Shown one piece after another: positions 30,033 to 39,571 of a stretch of 64,000 nt of DNA. Origin of the DNA: Nitrosopumilus sp. (GTDB lineage: Archaea; Thermoproteota; Nitrososphaeria; Nitrososphaerales; Nitrosopumilaceae). The stretch spans positions 1,600,001 through 1,664,000 of the forward strand of contig OZ244732.1 in NCBI GenBank assembly GCA_965219345.1, written 5' to 3'. Within the stretch, counting starts at the first letter, position 1, and each line of letters opens with the position of its first letter. A model generated the notes under the pieces. It saw only the letters and a list, made by a program, of their open reading frames with translations. It made no database searches and had not been told where the DNA came from. The position numbers and the translations under genes were made by a program.

Positions 30033-30812
30033 ATGTCAGCAGTCAAAAACGTAATCAAAGACAACTACAACATGATGCTCCTCAAAGATTATCTAAGAGA
30101 GGCAATCAAAGATGCAGGTTTTTCACATGCAGAAATATCAAAAACTCCAACGGGAACTAGAGTTGCATTACATGTGACAAGACCTGGAATCGTTATAGGA
30201 AGAAAAGGTACGGGAATCAGGGCACTTACCGAAAAACTTGCAACAGACTTTGGATTAAAGAACCCACAAATTTCAGTAGTAGAGATTGAGAAACCAGAGC
30301 TAGTTCCAGGTGTTATGTGTAACAGAATGGCAGCTCACATTGAGCGCGGAACTGCCTTCAGAAGAGCGACAATGTGGACACTAAAACAAATCATGGAAAA
30401 TGGGGCAATGGGAGTTCAGATTACAATTTCGGGGAAACTCAGAGGTGACCGTTCAGCGTTTGAAAAACATACGGCAGGAATCCTGCCAAGAGCAGGACAT
30501 CATGCAGAAATTATTGTTGAGCAAGACATTGCACATGTACAAACTGCAATGGGATTAATTGGGATTAGGATTAGAATTGCAAGAAAAGAAAAGCTTATTC
30601 CAGAATTTGAACTAAAGAAGGGCAAAGAGCAAAAAGAAAAGCCAAAAGAGGTCAAAATGGAAGAAGTTGAGGTTGAAGATGTCAAAGTTGAAGTTATCAA
30701 AGTTGATGGAAATGAAGACAAAGCTAAATCAGAGTCTGAAGTAATTGAATTAGAAGAAAAGAAGATGGAAACGGTAGAAACACTTGAAGAAGAAGAGGAG
30801 AAGTTAAAGTAA
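30033..30812 (+). CDS. rps3: 30S ribosomal protein S3
   Basis: [12 protein letters not shown] motif, SGKL; acidic tail. Confidence 0.96.
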   Translation: MSAVKNVIKDNYNMMLLKDYLREAIKDAGFSHAEISKTPTGTRVALHVTRPGIVIGRKGTGIRALTEKLATDFGLKNPQISVVEIEKPELVPGVMCNRMAAHIERGTAFRRATMWTLKQIMENGAMGVQITISGKLRGDRSAFEKHTAGILPRAGHHAEIIVEQDIAHVQTAMGLIGIRIRIARKEKLIPEFELKKGKEQKEKPKEVKMEEVEVEDVKVEVIKVDGNEDKAKSESEVIELEEKKMETVETLEEEEEKLK

Positions 30813-31033
30813 TGACAAGAATTAGTATGAAAACCATTAGACAGTTAAACGAAAAAGATCTTAAAAGTAAGATTCAAGAAGCAAGAAGCGAACTTACTAA
30901 ACTTAGAGTTGATGGGGCTAAGGGAACACTGAGAAAAGAAAGTGGTAAACTAAAACCACTTCGTCATGACATTGCAAGAATGCTAACTAGAGTAAACGAG
31001 ATGGGGAGAGAGAGAAATGATTACAGCAGATAA
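30812..31033 (+). CDS. rpl29: 50S ribosomal protein L29
   Basis: RHDIARMLT, operon order. Confidence 0.92.
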   Translation: MTRISMKTIRQLNEKDLKSKIQEARSELTKLRVDGAKGTLRKESGKLKPLRHDIARMLTRVNEMGRERNDYSR

Positions 31034-31283
31034 TATTACATCACATGAGTTCATTGGATTACATACTAAAATTACTCAGTCATCAAATCCACAAATTATA
31101 GGATTAAATGGGAGAATTGTTGATGAAACAAAATCAATGTTTAGAATTAACACAAAGAATGGAATGAAATCAATTGCCAAAGCAGAAAATAGTTGGAAGT
31201 TTTCAATTGAAGATCAGGACATAGTAGTTGAGGGTTCCAAAATTGCAAAAAGACCATTTGACAGGATAGGGGGCAAAACATGA
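31017..31283 (+). CDS. rnp1: RNase P protein subunit Rpp29/Pop4
   Basis: HEFIGL, G.IVDETK, RP.DRI. Confidence 0.9.
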   Translation: MITADNITSHEFIGLHTKITQSSNPQIIGLNGRIVDETKSMFRINTKNGMKSIAKAENSWKFSIEDQDIVVEGSKIAKRPFDRIGGKT

Positions 31284-31603
31284 CACCAAACATTGGATTA
31301 AAAGTAAAAGAACCCAAAAGAAAGTGTACAGACAGAAATTGTCCATTCCACGGAAATTTATCAGTAAGAGGAAAACTCTTTGATGGAAAGGTGACAGGCA
31401 GTAAAGCAAAGCAGACAATTACATTACAAAAAGAAGCACCAATTTACTTTAGTAAATTTAAGAGATATGCAAGAGGTAAAAGTACGATTCATGCACATGT
31501 ACCAAATTGTATTGACGTTGAATCAGGAGATTTTGTATTAACTGCAGAATGCAGACCAATTTCAAAATCAGTATCATATGTAGTAGTGGAGGTTAGATCA
31601 TAA
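31280..31603 (+). CDS. rps17: 30S ribosomal protein S17
   Basis: CPFHG, ECRPISK. Confidence 0.95.
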   Translation: MTPNIGLKVKEPKRKCTDRNCPFHGNLSVRGKLFDGKVTGSKAKQTITLQKEAPIYFSKFKRYARGKSTIHAHVPNCIDVESGDFVLTAECRPISKSVSYVVVEVRS

Positions 31604-32025
31604 TGGCAAAACAGGCAGGTAAAGGAGTGGAAGAATTCCGTCCATATGTTACAAGAGTAATTCCAGTTGGAGCACAAATTGTGTGTGCTGATAATTCAGG
31701 TGCTAAAATTTTAGAAATAATCAATGTTCCAAGACACAAAACAAGAGCGTCAAGACTTCCTTCAGCAGCAGTAGGGGATTTTTGTAATGTTGTAGTAAAG
31801 AAAGGACCAGCAGAATTAAGAAAGCAAGTACATGGTGCAGTAATTGTTAGACAAAAATATGCAGTTCGTAGATTAAACGGTGTTAGAGTTTGTTTTGAGG
31901 ACAATGCAGGAGTTCTAATTACTCCGGAAGGAGAAACAAGAGGAACAGACATCAAAGGACCAGTTGCAGCAGAAGCTTCAGAAAAATGGCCAAGAGTAGC
32001 TAACTTGGCATCAATGGTGGTATAA
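31603..32025 (+). CDS. rpl14: 50S ribosomal protein L14
   Basis: [19 protein letters not shown]. Confidence 0.96.
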   Translation: MAKQAGKGVEEFRPYVTRVIPVGAQIVCADNSGAKILEIINVPRHKTRASRLPSAAVGDFCNVVVKKGPAELRKQVHGAVIVRQKYAVRRLNGVRVCFEDNAGVLITPEGETRGTDIKGPVAAEASEKWPRVANLASMVV

Positions 32026-32029
32026 TAAA

Positions 32030-33001
32030 ATGAAACCAACTAAAATGCGCAACAAAATGATTTATCGTGCAACATATCAGACAAAAAGCAAACAACTTGG
32101 AAGTGCATTATCAAAAGAACTGCACAAAAAATATGGAAAGAGGAGTGTCCGTGTTGTTGAGGGAGATAGTATAACAATTGTTAGAGGAGAATTCAAAGGA
32201 GTAGATGGTAAAATTTCAAAAATATCTACGCAAAAAAGTAGTGTTTCTGTTGAAGGAATAAAGAAAGAGAAAACAAAAGGGGATAAATTTGACGTTTACA
32301 TTCATACATCAAATCTTGTAGTTACGTCACTCAGTACTGGGGATAAATGGAGGATGGCAAAGCTCGAGGGTAAAGATCCAAGAAAACAGCCTGAAGAGAC
32401 ACCTAAAGAAAAACCAGCTAAGGAAGAGTCTGTTAAGGAAGCTCCTAAAGAAAAACCAGCTAAGGAAGAGTCTGTTAAGGAAGCTCCTAAAGAAAAACCA
32501 GCTAAGGAAGAGTCTGTTAAGGAAGTTCCTAAAGAAAAACCAGCTAAGGAAGAGTCTGTTAAGGAAGTTCCTAAAGAAAAACCAGCTAAGGAAGAGTCTG
32601 TTAAGGAAGTTCCTAAAGAAAAACCAGCTAAGGAAGAGTCTGTTAAGGAAGTTCCTAAAGAAAAACCAGCTAAGGAAGAGTCTGTTAAGGAAGCTCCTAA
32701 AGAAAAACCAGCTAAGGAAGAGTCTGTTAAGGAAGTTCCTAAAGAAAAACCAGCTAAGGAAGAGTCTGTTAAGGAAGTTCCTAAAGAAAAACCAGCTAAG
32801 GAAGAGTCTGTTAAGGAAGTTCCTAAAGAAAAACCAGCTAAGGAAGAGTCTGTTAAGGAAGCTCCTAAAGAAAAACCAGCTAAGGAAGAGTCTGTTAAGG
32901 AAGCTCCTAAAGAAAAACCAGCTAAGGAAGAGTCTGTTAAGGAAGCTCCTAAAGATACAAAAAAGGCAAAGGAAATCGAAAAAAAGGAAGATGAGAAATA
33001 A
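32030..33001 (+). CDS. rpl24: 50S ribosomal protein L24 with long repetitive C-terminal extension
   Basis: LSKEL..KYG, GD...[11 protein letters not shown] motif, IHTSNL. Confidence 0.94.
   Translation: MKPTKMRNKMIYRATYQTKSKQLGSALSKELHKKYGKRSVRVVEGDSITIVRGEFKGVDGKISKISTQKSSVSVEGIKKEKTKGDKFDVYIHTSNLVVTSLSTGDKWRMAKLEGKDPRKQPEETPKEKPAKEESVKEAPKEKPAKEESVKEAPKEKPAKEESVKEVPKEKPAKEESVKEVPKEKPAKEESVKEVPKEKPAKEESVKEVPKEKPAKEESVKEAPKEKPAKEESVKEVPKEKPAKEESVKEVPKEKPAKEESVKEVPKEKPAKEESVKEAPKEKPAKEESVKEAPKEKPAKEESVKEAPKDTKKAKEIEKKEDEK
32402..32947 (+). repeat. 13 x 42-bp in-frame tandem repeat, [13 protein letters not shown][A/V]
   Basis: Units identical except a GCT/GTT last codon; 13 x 42 = 546 bp fits the coordinates. 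Confidence 0.97.
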
Positions 33002-33717
33002 TGGTAAGCATAGCAGGAAGTAAAAAACTTAAGCGTCAAATGGCTCCACAGTTCTGGGGAATTACTAGAAAAAGCAAGAGATTTGTGATTACAGTAAGAC
33101 CAGGCCCACACAAAAAGAGTCGTTCTGTGCCAACTGCAGTTTTTCTAAGAGATACATTAAAAATAGTTTCAAGTCTTAGAGAAGCAAAATCTGTAATATA
33201 TTCAGGTAAAGTAAAAATTGACGGAGTTGTAAGAAAATCACTTCATCATGCAATTGGATTAATGGATGTGGTAGAATTAGAAAATGTTTCAGATATTTAT
33301 CGTTTAGTTCCGTCAGAAAAAAGACTGTTAACACCAATTAAGATTAACGAATCAGAAAAATCAAAAAAACTTGTCAGGGTAATTAGTAAAACTACAATTA
33401 ACAAAGGAAAAATGCAGATAGGATTCCATGACGGACGTTCAACTATTTCAGATACAAAACTAAATGTAGGGGATACTTGCTTGGTACAAATTCCGGATCT
33501 AAAAATTCTTGAAGTAGTAAAATTAGAAGCAGGTTGCCAATGTATGGTAACACGTGGAGTTAACGCAGGACAAATAGGTAAGATTGAAACTATAGTAGAA
33601 GGTACATTTATTCTTCCAAAAAGAGCAGTTCTTCTTTTAGGGGATAGAAAAATCGAGATTCCAGCTGACATCGTAATGGCAATAGGAAAAGAGGAGCCAC
33701 TAATTCAACTAAAGTGA
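33001..33717 (+). CDS. rps4e: 30S ribosomal protein S4e
   Basis: LKRQMAP, PGPH, GLMDV, HDGR. Confidence 0.95.
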   Translation: MVSIAGSKKLKRQMAPQFWGITRKSKRFVITVRPGPHKKSRSVPTAVFLRDTLKIVSSLREAKSVIYSGKVKIDGVVRKSLHHAIGLMDVVELENVSDIYRLVPSEKRLLTPIKINESEKSKKLVRVISKTTINKGKMQIGFHDGRSTISDTKLNVGDTCLVQIPDLKILEVVKLEAGCQCMVTRGVNAGQIGKIETIVEGTFILPKRAVLLLGDRKIEIPADIVMAIGKEEPLIQLK

Positions 33718-33721
33718 TCAT

Positions 33722-34243
33722 ATGTCCCAAACAACAGAATCTCCAATGAAAACAATCTCTTTAGGTAAAGTAGTTCTCAACATGGGTGTAGGTAAATCGG
33801 GGGATGCAATCGAAATTGCAAAAAAAGCACTTGATCAAATTTCAGGGAAAAAATCATGTTCACATAATGCAAAAGAGACACAAAGGGATTGGGGAATTAG
33901 AAAAGGTGAGCCAATAGGCGTATCAGTAACAGTTCGCGGTGAAGACGCCATAGCATTACTAAAAAGATTATTGGAATCTAAAGGTAATACCGTTAAAGGT
34001 AAATCATTTGATAATTTTGGAAACTATTCATTTGGAATTAATGAACACATAGACATTCCAGGTGTTAAATATGAACCACAAATTGGAATTTTGGGTCTTG
34101 GAATTGCAATCACATTAACTAGACCCGGTTATGGAATAAGAAAAAGAAGTAAACACAAAGCAAGTCTTGGAAAATCTCATATTATTACAAGTCAAGAAGC
34201 AAAAGATTATCTAGTAAAAGAGTTTGGAGTGACGATAGAATAA
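33722..34243 (+). CDS. rpl5: 50S ribosomal protein L5
   Basis: NMGVG, FDNFGNYSFGI.EHID. Confidence 0.96.
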   Translation: MSQTTESPMKTISLGKVVLNMGVGKSGDAIEIAKKALDQISGKKSCSHNAKETQRDWGIRKGEPIGVSVTVRGEDAIALLKRLLESKGNTVKGKSFDNFGNYSFGINEHIDIPGVKYEPQIGILGLGIAITLTRPGYGIRKRSKHKASLGKSHIITSQEAKDYLVKEFGVTIE

Positions 34244-34422
34244 TGCCAAAAGATAGATCATACGAATTTACCGGAAGAAAAAAACATGACTTTGGTAGAG
34301 GTTCAAGATGGTGTAAAAGATGTGGGGATTATACAGCAGTCATACAGAAATACGATTTAATGTTATGCAGACGATGTTTCAGAGAAGTAGCAGTTTCTTT
34401 AGGATTTAGGAAAAATAAGTGA
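34243..34422 (+). CDS. rps14: 30S ribosomal protein S14 (59 aa, absent from ORF track)
   Basis: Hand translation ...GRGSRWCKRCG...LCRRCFRE.A..LGF between rpl5 and rps8. Confidence 0.95.
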   Translation: MPKDRSYEFTGRKKHDFGRGSRWCKRCGDYTAVIQKYDLMLCRRCFREVAVSLGFRKNK

Positions 34423-34426
34423 TATC

Positions 34427-34819
34427 ATGCCAGCAACTAACATTTTAGCAAATCTATTTGTTACATTATACAATAATGAAACAAGAAGAAGAAATGAATG
34501 TACAATTCTCCCAACTTCAAAAATAGGAGTTGAGGTTCTAAAGACCCTTCAAAAGGGCGGATATGTTGGAAAATTTGAACATATTGATGACAAAAGAGGC
34601 GGAAAATTCAAAATCAATCTATTGGCAAAAATAACAAAGTGTGGAGCAATTTCCCCAAGATTCAAAGTGAAAAATGATGAATTTAACAGCTGGGAACAAC
34701 AGTATTTGCCTGCATACAATAGAGGAATGCTTCTAGTTACAACAAATCAAGGAGTAATGTCTCATCATGAAGCAGTAGAGAAAGGAATTGGGGGATTTTT
34801 GATAGGATATGTCTACTGA
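34427..34819 (+). CDS. rps8: 30S ribosomal protein S8
   Basis: CGAISPRF, TTNQGVMSH, GG.LIGYVY. Confidence 0.96.
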   Translation: MPATNILANLFVTLYNNETRRRNECTILPTSKIGVEVLKTLQKGGYVGKFEHIDDKRGGKFKINLLAKITKCGAISPRFKVKNDEFNSWEQQYLPAYNRGMLLVTTNQGVMSHHEAVEKGIGGFLIGYVY

Positions 34820-35366
34820 GCAACTTGAAAAATTTCAAGACGAAGTAATTATTCCAGAAGGGGTTAAAGTTACACAAAATAAACACATGATAGCATTCGA
34901 AGGTCCATTAGGTAAAACCTTCAAAAGTTTTCGCAAAATTCCAATTAATATAGAGATTAAAGAAGGCAAAATGATCTTAAAGACAAAAAGTTTTAGAAAA
35001 AGGGATTATTCAATTTTACATGCTTCAAGATCAGTTATCAGAAATATTTGTGAAGGTCTAATAGATGGATATACAATTAAAATGAAAATTGTCTTTGCAC
35101 ACTTTCCAATTACGGTAAAAGTAGAAGGAAAGAAAATTTTAATTGAAAACTTTCAAGGAGAACGTGCACCAAGAATTACAAAAATTGTTGGGAACACCAA
35201 AGTAATTCCAAAAGGTGAAGATGTAATTCTTACTGGTGAAGTTTGGACAGACATTACTCAAACTGCAGCAAATATTGAGCTAAAAACTAAAGTAAAAAAT
35301 AAAGACCATAGGGTTTTCCTTGATGGTGTCTATGTCTATGATAAGAAAAAAGGCATAGAAAAATAA
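34809..35366 (+). CDS. rpl6: 50S ribosomal protein L6
   Basis: AHFPI, NFQGER, D.RVFLDG. Confidence 0.96.
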   Translation: MSTEQLEKFQDEVIIPEGVKVTQNKHMIAFEGPLGKTFKSFRKIPINIEIKEGKMILKTKSFRKRDYSILHASRSVIRNICEGLIDGYTIKMKIVFAHFPITVKVEGKKILIENFQGERAPRITKIVGNTKVIPKGEDVILTGEVWTDITQTAANIELKTKVKNKDHRVFLDGVYVYDKKKGIEK

Positions 35367-35383
35367 AATTTCTAGTTTTTCTT

Positions 35384-35671
35384 ATGACCCTAGATCCTGA
35401 ATTTACAGAACAAACAACAGACTTGATTGAACAGACACTAGAATTATACAAATCATCAGGGGCCTCGCCTAGAGTTGGAGAAATATGGGACTGTGCAAAC
35501 ATTGGCGACTTTTTATGTGGGTTTTTTGTTGGGGAGATGGTCGGTTCGGCACTTGGTGCATTTCAGATTGTTCATAAAAGGGAACCTACACCTGAGGAGC
35601 ATTCAGAAATTATTGAGCTAGTAGAAAGTCATTCAAAAGAAATCAGAGAATTTTTTGCCAAATTCAATTGA
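35384..35671 (+). CDS. conserved hypothetical protein
   Basis: 95-aa ORF following rpl6. Confidence 0.7.
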   Translation: MTLDPEFTEQTTDLIEQTLELYKSSGASPRVGEIWDCANIGDFLCGFFVGEMVGSALGAFQIVHKREPTPEEHSEIIELVESHSKEIREFFAKFN

Positions 35672-35744
35672 ACAGTTCCTGGACTTTGGTCTATTTTGCA
35701 TAGTAGCAAGGATTAAATCACTTTTACCAAAGTACAAGCATGTT

Positions 35745-35818
35745 GCCGCCCTAGCTCAGCGTGGTAGAGCATCCGACTGTTAATCGGACGGTCGTCAGTT
35801 CAAGTCTGATGGGCGGCG
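35745..35818 (+). tRNA. tRNA-Asn(GTT)
   Basis: GCCGCCC/GGGCGGC acceptor stem, TCCGA-CTGTTAA-TCGGA anticodon arm, GTTCAAG T-loop. Confidence 0.96.
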
Positions 35819-36281
35819 CTCCTATACACACACCAAAAGATGCTCTCTTTGAAACAGCCATGACAAGCATGCAGAATTCATGCTATCTGGCCCATAAGAA
35901 CTGATTTGCGCAGAAGACTGGTACTGTTAACTTTTGAGGATCCGAGATGCCAAATTGAGCGTGTCATCTGGCAAAAGACTCTCTGTTGTTAACAGTACTG
36001 TTAATGTTAGTACGGATAAATACAATAGATGGACCAAGTAAAAACGATTGGCAGTGAAAGCCATAACGCTCTCATCTGCCATAGGAAATGACGAGGTTGC
36101 ATCCAACAATCTGAGCCAATCATTTTTTCCTACTTGGTTCACCTATCTTAATTTTCAAGAGGTTTTACGCATGAATCCAAGAACACGGCGAGTCAAACAG
36201 ATGATAAAATCAACAGGATATGCCTTACTAAGCAAGGATTCTCAATAACCACAAAACTTCAATTCGGAGAAAATTCATGTT

Positions 36282-37217
36282 TTGGGTCTTGAAGATCATA
36301 CAGAACCAAATGATGGCCAAAATAAGAAAAAGAAGTTTTCTGATGGTTTAAGAATGGTACAGTCAGAGTCAATACAGTTGAGAACCCGTAACTTGTCAGA
36401 TACGTCGGCTCTGGTACTGCTCCTAGCTGACGGGGCAGTCCATACAAGCAGACATTCCAAAAAATATCTGGGCATGCTAAATCTTGATTCAGGCAAGACG
36501 CTTTACTCTGAGTGTGGCAGGATATGGCCGCACTACGGCGAGGTGATAAAGAACAGGAAGAGATGCATCATGGATCTAGTTCTTCACCACGTCACAAAAG
36601 AGAGGATCACGCAGCTGGCAGTCTTGGGCAGCGGCATGGATGCCCTGTCCCTGGAGACAGTATCACGTGCCAAGGACGTTGATGCCTATGATGTTGATTA
36701 TTCGCATATGGAGCTCAAAGAAAGGCTCATCAGAAAGGCATACGGCACAAGCCCAATCAGGTGTGTTCTCTCTGATCTGAATGATGCAAAAAAGGTTCTT
36801 GACGGCATGAGAAAAAACGGATGGGACAACAGCAGGCCGTCGGTTTTGGTGCTTGAGGGGATATCATATTATTTGAGCAGAAAAAAATTGTGGGATCTTG
36901 TTGCCACATTCAAGACAGCAGACAGGAGAAACGTGCTGATACTGGAGTACATGGTACCGCAAGAGGGGATTGCCAGAAAAAGACAACAGATACCGGAGCA
37001 AGTTTTTGGAGCAATTCAGAAGAAGAGTGACGACTCAAAGACACACCATACCGTAAGATATGGTGCAGATGACATTAGGATGTGCATTGAGAAGATTGGG
37101 GGATGTCTCATCCTGAGATACCGCATGAAGAACATGGAGAAGAACAGGACGGGGCACAACGTGCACTTTAAGACATACAAGAGCGGGTGGATTGAGGTGT
37201 GCCAGGCAGTTATCTGA
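36282..37217 (+). CDS. class I SAM-dependent methyltransferase (leucine-carboxyl-methyltransferase-like)
   Basis: VLGSGMD, YDVD, SDL, VLEGISYYL; true start probably downstream. Confidence 0.82.
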   Translation: MGLEDHTEPNDGQNKKKKFSDGLRMVQSESIQLRTRNLSDTSALVLLLADGAVHTSRHSKKYLGMLNLDSGKTLYSECGRIWPHYGEVIKNRKRCIMDLVLHHVTKERITQLAVLGSGMDALSLETVSRAKDVDAYDVDYSHMELKERLIRKAYGTSPIRCVLSDLNDAKKVLDGMRKNGWDNSRPSVLVLEGISYYLSRKKLWDLVATFKTADRRNVLILEYMVPQEGIARKRQQIPEQVFGAIQKKSDDSKTHHTVRYGADDIRMCIEKIGGCLILRYRMKNMEKNRTGHNVHFKTYKSGWIEVCQAVI

Positions 37218-37560
37218 GCATTGGAGCTTCAAGGCCTTGCAAAAAACGTCATTCTCAGATGATGATATGACATCAGAAACCTGCTGTTAAATTTTGATGA
37301 TCAGAATAACTGGTATTTATCACATCTTGTCTTGTGCCATCAAAAGGGCTCTGGTCAATTTAGGTGATCAGATCACCGATAGTGGCCAGGGCCGCCAGAA
37401 CATCCCCGTATCGTTGCCATTATTACTAATATGAAAAAACACAAAGAACCGTTCACAGATCCTCAAAAAAATTGATCGTGTGACACAGTTTGGTTTACTC
37501 TATTAGACAACATAGATCTAATAGTTGATCGCATATTGAGAATAATGCAGGAGGTTTACA

Positions 37561-37830
37561 TTGGTCAGAACTAGACGTGCCAACAGGTATTGTGTCGACT
37601 GTGGTGCCAGACTTGTGTATTATCCCAGGCTTTCAAACCCCAAGGCGCCAAACGAGCACAGGATACTAGTTTATGCATGTCCTGACTGTACAGATGACTT
37701 TGAGAAACCAAAGATGTTCTCAATCCGGCGCAACCAAGTAGAGGCGCCACTAGAGACAGTCGAAATTGAGATCACGCAGACGCAGAAAAAAAACGCGACA
37801 ACAAGTAGGGGAGAACAGAGGACGGGATGA
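37561..37830 (+). CDS. small zinc-ribbon protein
   Basis: CVDC ... CPDC. Confidence 0.7.
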   Translation: MVRTRRANRYCVDCGARLVYYPRLSNPKAPNEHRILVYACPDCTDDFEKPKMFSIRRNQVEAPLETVEIEITQTQKKNATTSRGEQRTG

Positions 37831-38051
37831 GTTACACTAAAAAAAGAAGCAACGCGTGGTTTTTGCTGCCAATCCTCTTGGGAATTGTCGGCGGCATCAT
37901 TGCATTTTTTGTCTTGCGACAAGATGATCCTGCAAAGGCAAAAAACTGCCTGTACCTAGGAATTGTGTTGATGGTAGTGGGCATAGTCTTGAACGTCACC
38001 CTTGCTGCATTTTTCCCCGAGTTGGGTGCAGACTTTGATGTGAACATCTAG
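37827..38051 (+). CDS. small two-TM membrane protein
   Basis: WFLLPI..GIVGGIIAFF..DDP.KAKNCL; overlaps the upstream stop. Confidence 0.7.
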   Translation: MSYTKKRSNAWFLLPILLGIVGGIIAFFVLRQDDPAKAKNCLYLGIVLMVVGIVLNVTLAAFFPELGADFDVNI

Positions 38052-38181
38052 AGAGGGTACATGTCGTTTCAGACAGCATCTGCAGGTCAGCAAATTTTGC
38101 AATGCAAGATTATCCCGGCACGCGACTGCACTAAATTCATGCCTCCAAACACAAATAAAAGACAAAAAAGAGATTCTCCAG

Positions 38182-38646
38182 ATGGCAAAGAAGACACTTT
38201 ACCTTGCAAACCCGTACGGATTCTCTGAGCAACAAAAAGCCGGACCGCTGCAAGACCTTGTAAGGACGCTAAATGATCTGGGAGCCGAGGTGTGGGAGCC
38301 GTTTGAGCGAAACAATCAGGACAGTATGCTGGCAGCTGGCAGTCCCTACAAGATCGGCCGTGCTGACATGCAAGATGTCAGGGATGCAGACGGCATCTTT
38401 GCAGTCGTTAATGGGACGCCGCCAGATGAAGGCGTAATGATCGAGCTTGGCATGGCTATTGCATGGGGCAAGGAGGTCTTTTTGTTCCGTGATGACTTTC
38501 GGAGATGCACTGACAGCAGTATGTATACGCTCAACCTGATGCTGTTTACCGGCCTGCCAGAAAACGGCTGGCAAGACTGGTACTATACCAGCATGGCCGA
38601 GCTTGCAGACCCAGACAAGGCCCTGGTAAAGTGGCTAAACAAATAA
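38182..38646 (+). CDS. nucleoside 2-deoxyribosyltransferase family protein
   Basis: YLANP, D....DG, DEG.MIELG.A, NLML. Confidence 0.9.
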   Translation: MAKKTLYLANPYGFSEQQKAGPLQDLVRTLNDLGAEVWEPFERNNQDSMLAAGSPYKIGRADMQDVRDADGIFAVVNGTPPDEGVMIELGMAIAWGKEVFLFRDDFRRCTDSSMYTLNLMLFTGLPENGWQDWYYTSMAELADPDKALVKWLNK

Positions 38647-38733
38647 CCTGTTACTGTAAGATCATCATCATCTAATTTCAAAATTATTTTTTCTAAGGTA
38701 AAGTGGCTAAACAAATAACCTGTTGCTGTAAGA
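38625..38733. repeat. 37-bp direct repeat pair around a 35-bp unique insert
   Basis: GGTAAAGTGGCTAAACAAATAACCTGTTRCTGTAAGA at 38625-38661 and 38697-38733. Confidence 0.92.
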
Positions 38734-38833
38734 CAGCGATGTGCGGATCTGCTTACTCTTCAAATCTGACAGCGCGTGGAGCTGTTGTAGTCAGGTAAAT
38801 TTACATACAGGAATGCGATATGCCATCTCTTAT

Positions 38834-38890
38834 GCATTGAAGGTGAAAACAAGTGGAAGGCAATCATTGAGAACGCAAGTAAGGATTAAT
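38834..38890 (+). mobile_element. IS6-family transposase extreme C-terminal relic
   Basis: Translates IEGENKWKAIIENASKD*, similar to GLNKWKTIIQNAS in the 10075-10512 ORF. Confidence 0.55.
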
Positions 38891-39353
38891 CTTTTTTCTT
38901 AAGAGATTTGAATTTTTCATTTATCTCTTCAGGAGATAGAATTGTTCCAAATAGTTTTTCATATTTTGCTAATTCTTGCTGTAGAATTATAGCCCATGAT
39001 TTTAAGTTGACAGGTGTTAGATTTATCACACATTCAATTTCTCTATTGATTGTTGTTTTAGATGCCTTGATTTGATTTCCGTTTAATGCTTCTCTATAAT
39101 CTGGAATATCATGTAATACAGTTAGTTTGACTCCGTCATAGGTTAAATTGGAAATCTGTCCAGATACATGAACTTCTTTGTATGTGTTTGATTGTGTTAC
39201 TTGTACATCTGGTGCTTCGGACATGATTTTATCATTCTCATAAATAAAATTATTTAAACTGATCCCAATTTTTGGGCTTATTATCAATTCTGAGAGCAAT
39301 TTTATGGTCTCGATTCCAGAGACAGATTTAGTCATTTTTTCCTCCACCGACAC
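38886..39353 (-). CDS. hypothetical protein (DUF3467-like); probable start at MSEAP
   Basis: C-terminal LQQELAKYEKLFG.I pattern; family call tentative. Confidence 0.55.
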   Translation of the reverse strand: MSVEEKMTKSVSGIETIKLLSELIISPKIGISLNNFIYENDKIMSEAPDVQVTQSNTYKEVHVSGQISNLTYDGVKLTVLHDIPDYREALNGNQIKASKTTINREIECVINLTPVNLKSWAIILQQELAKYEKLFGTILSPEEINEKFKSLKKKD

Positions 39354-39571
39354 GCAACACCAATTTAATCAATCATTTTCACCTATAACGCAATGGACCT
39401 CGAATTTTATAGGAGTTTTTTTACGCCCAAGATAATGAGCAGGTAACCTCACACAAATATGATTCCGGTTATTTGTCAAAGTATTATGTCCCAGGTTGAA
39501 TGTATAACATTCCGGACAGTACGTGGATTCTCCCAATTGGAATAATCTTGATCTAGTTTATTTGCATCTCA

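Noticed and set aside
32302-33111. 269-aa minus-strand repetitive ORF
   Set aside because: Antisense shadow of the rpl24 tandem repeat
35927-36248. Short overlapping ORFs after tRNA-Asn
   Set aside because: No motif on either strand; cannot support a call
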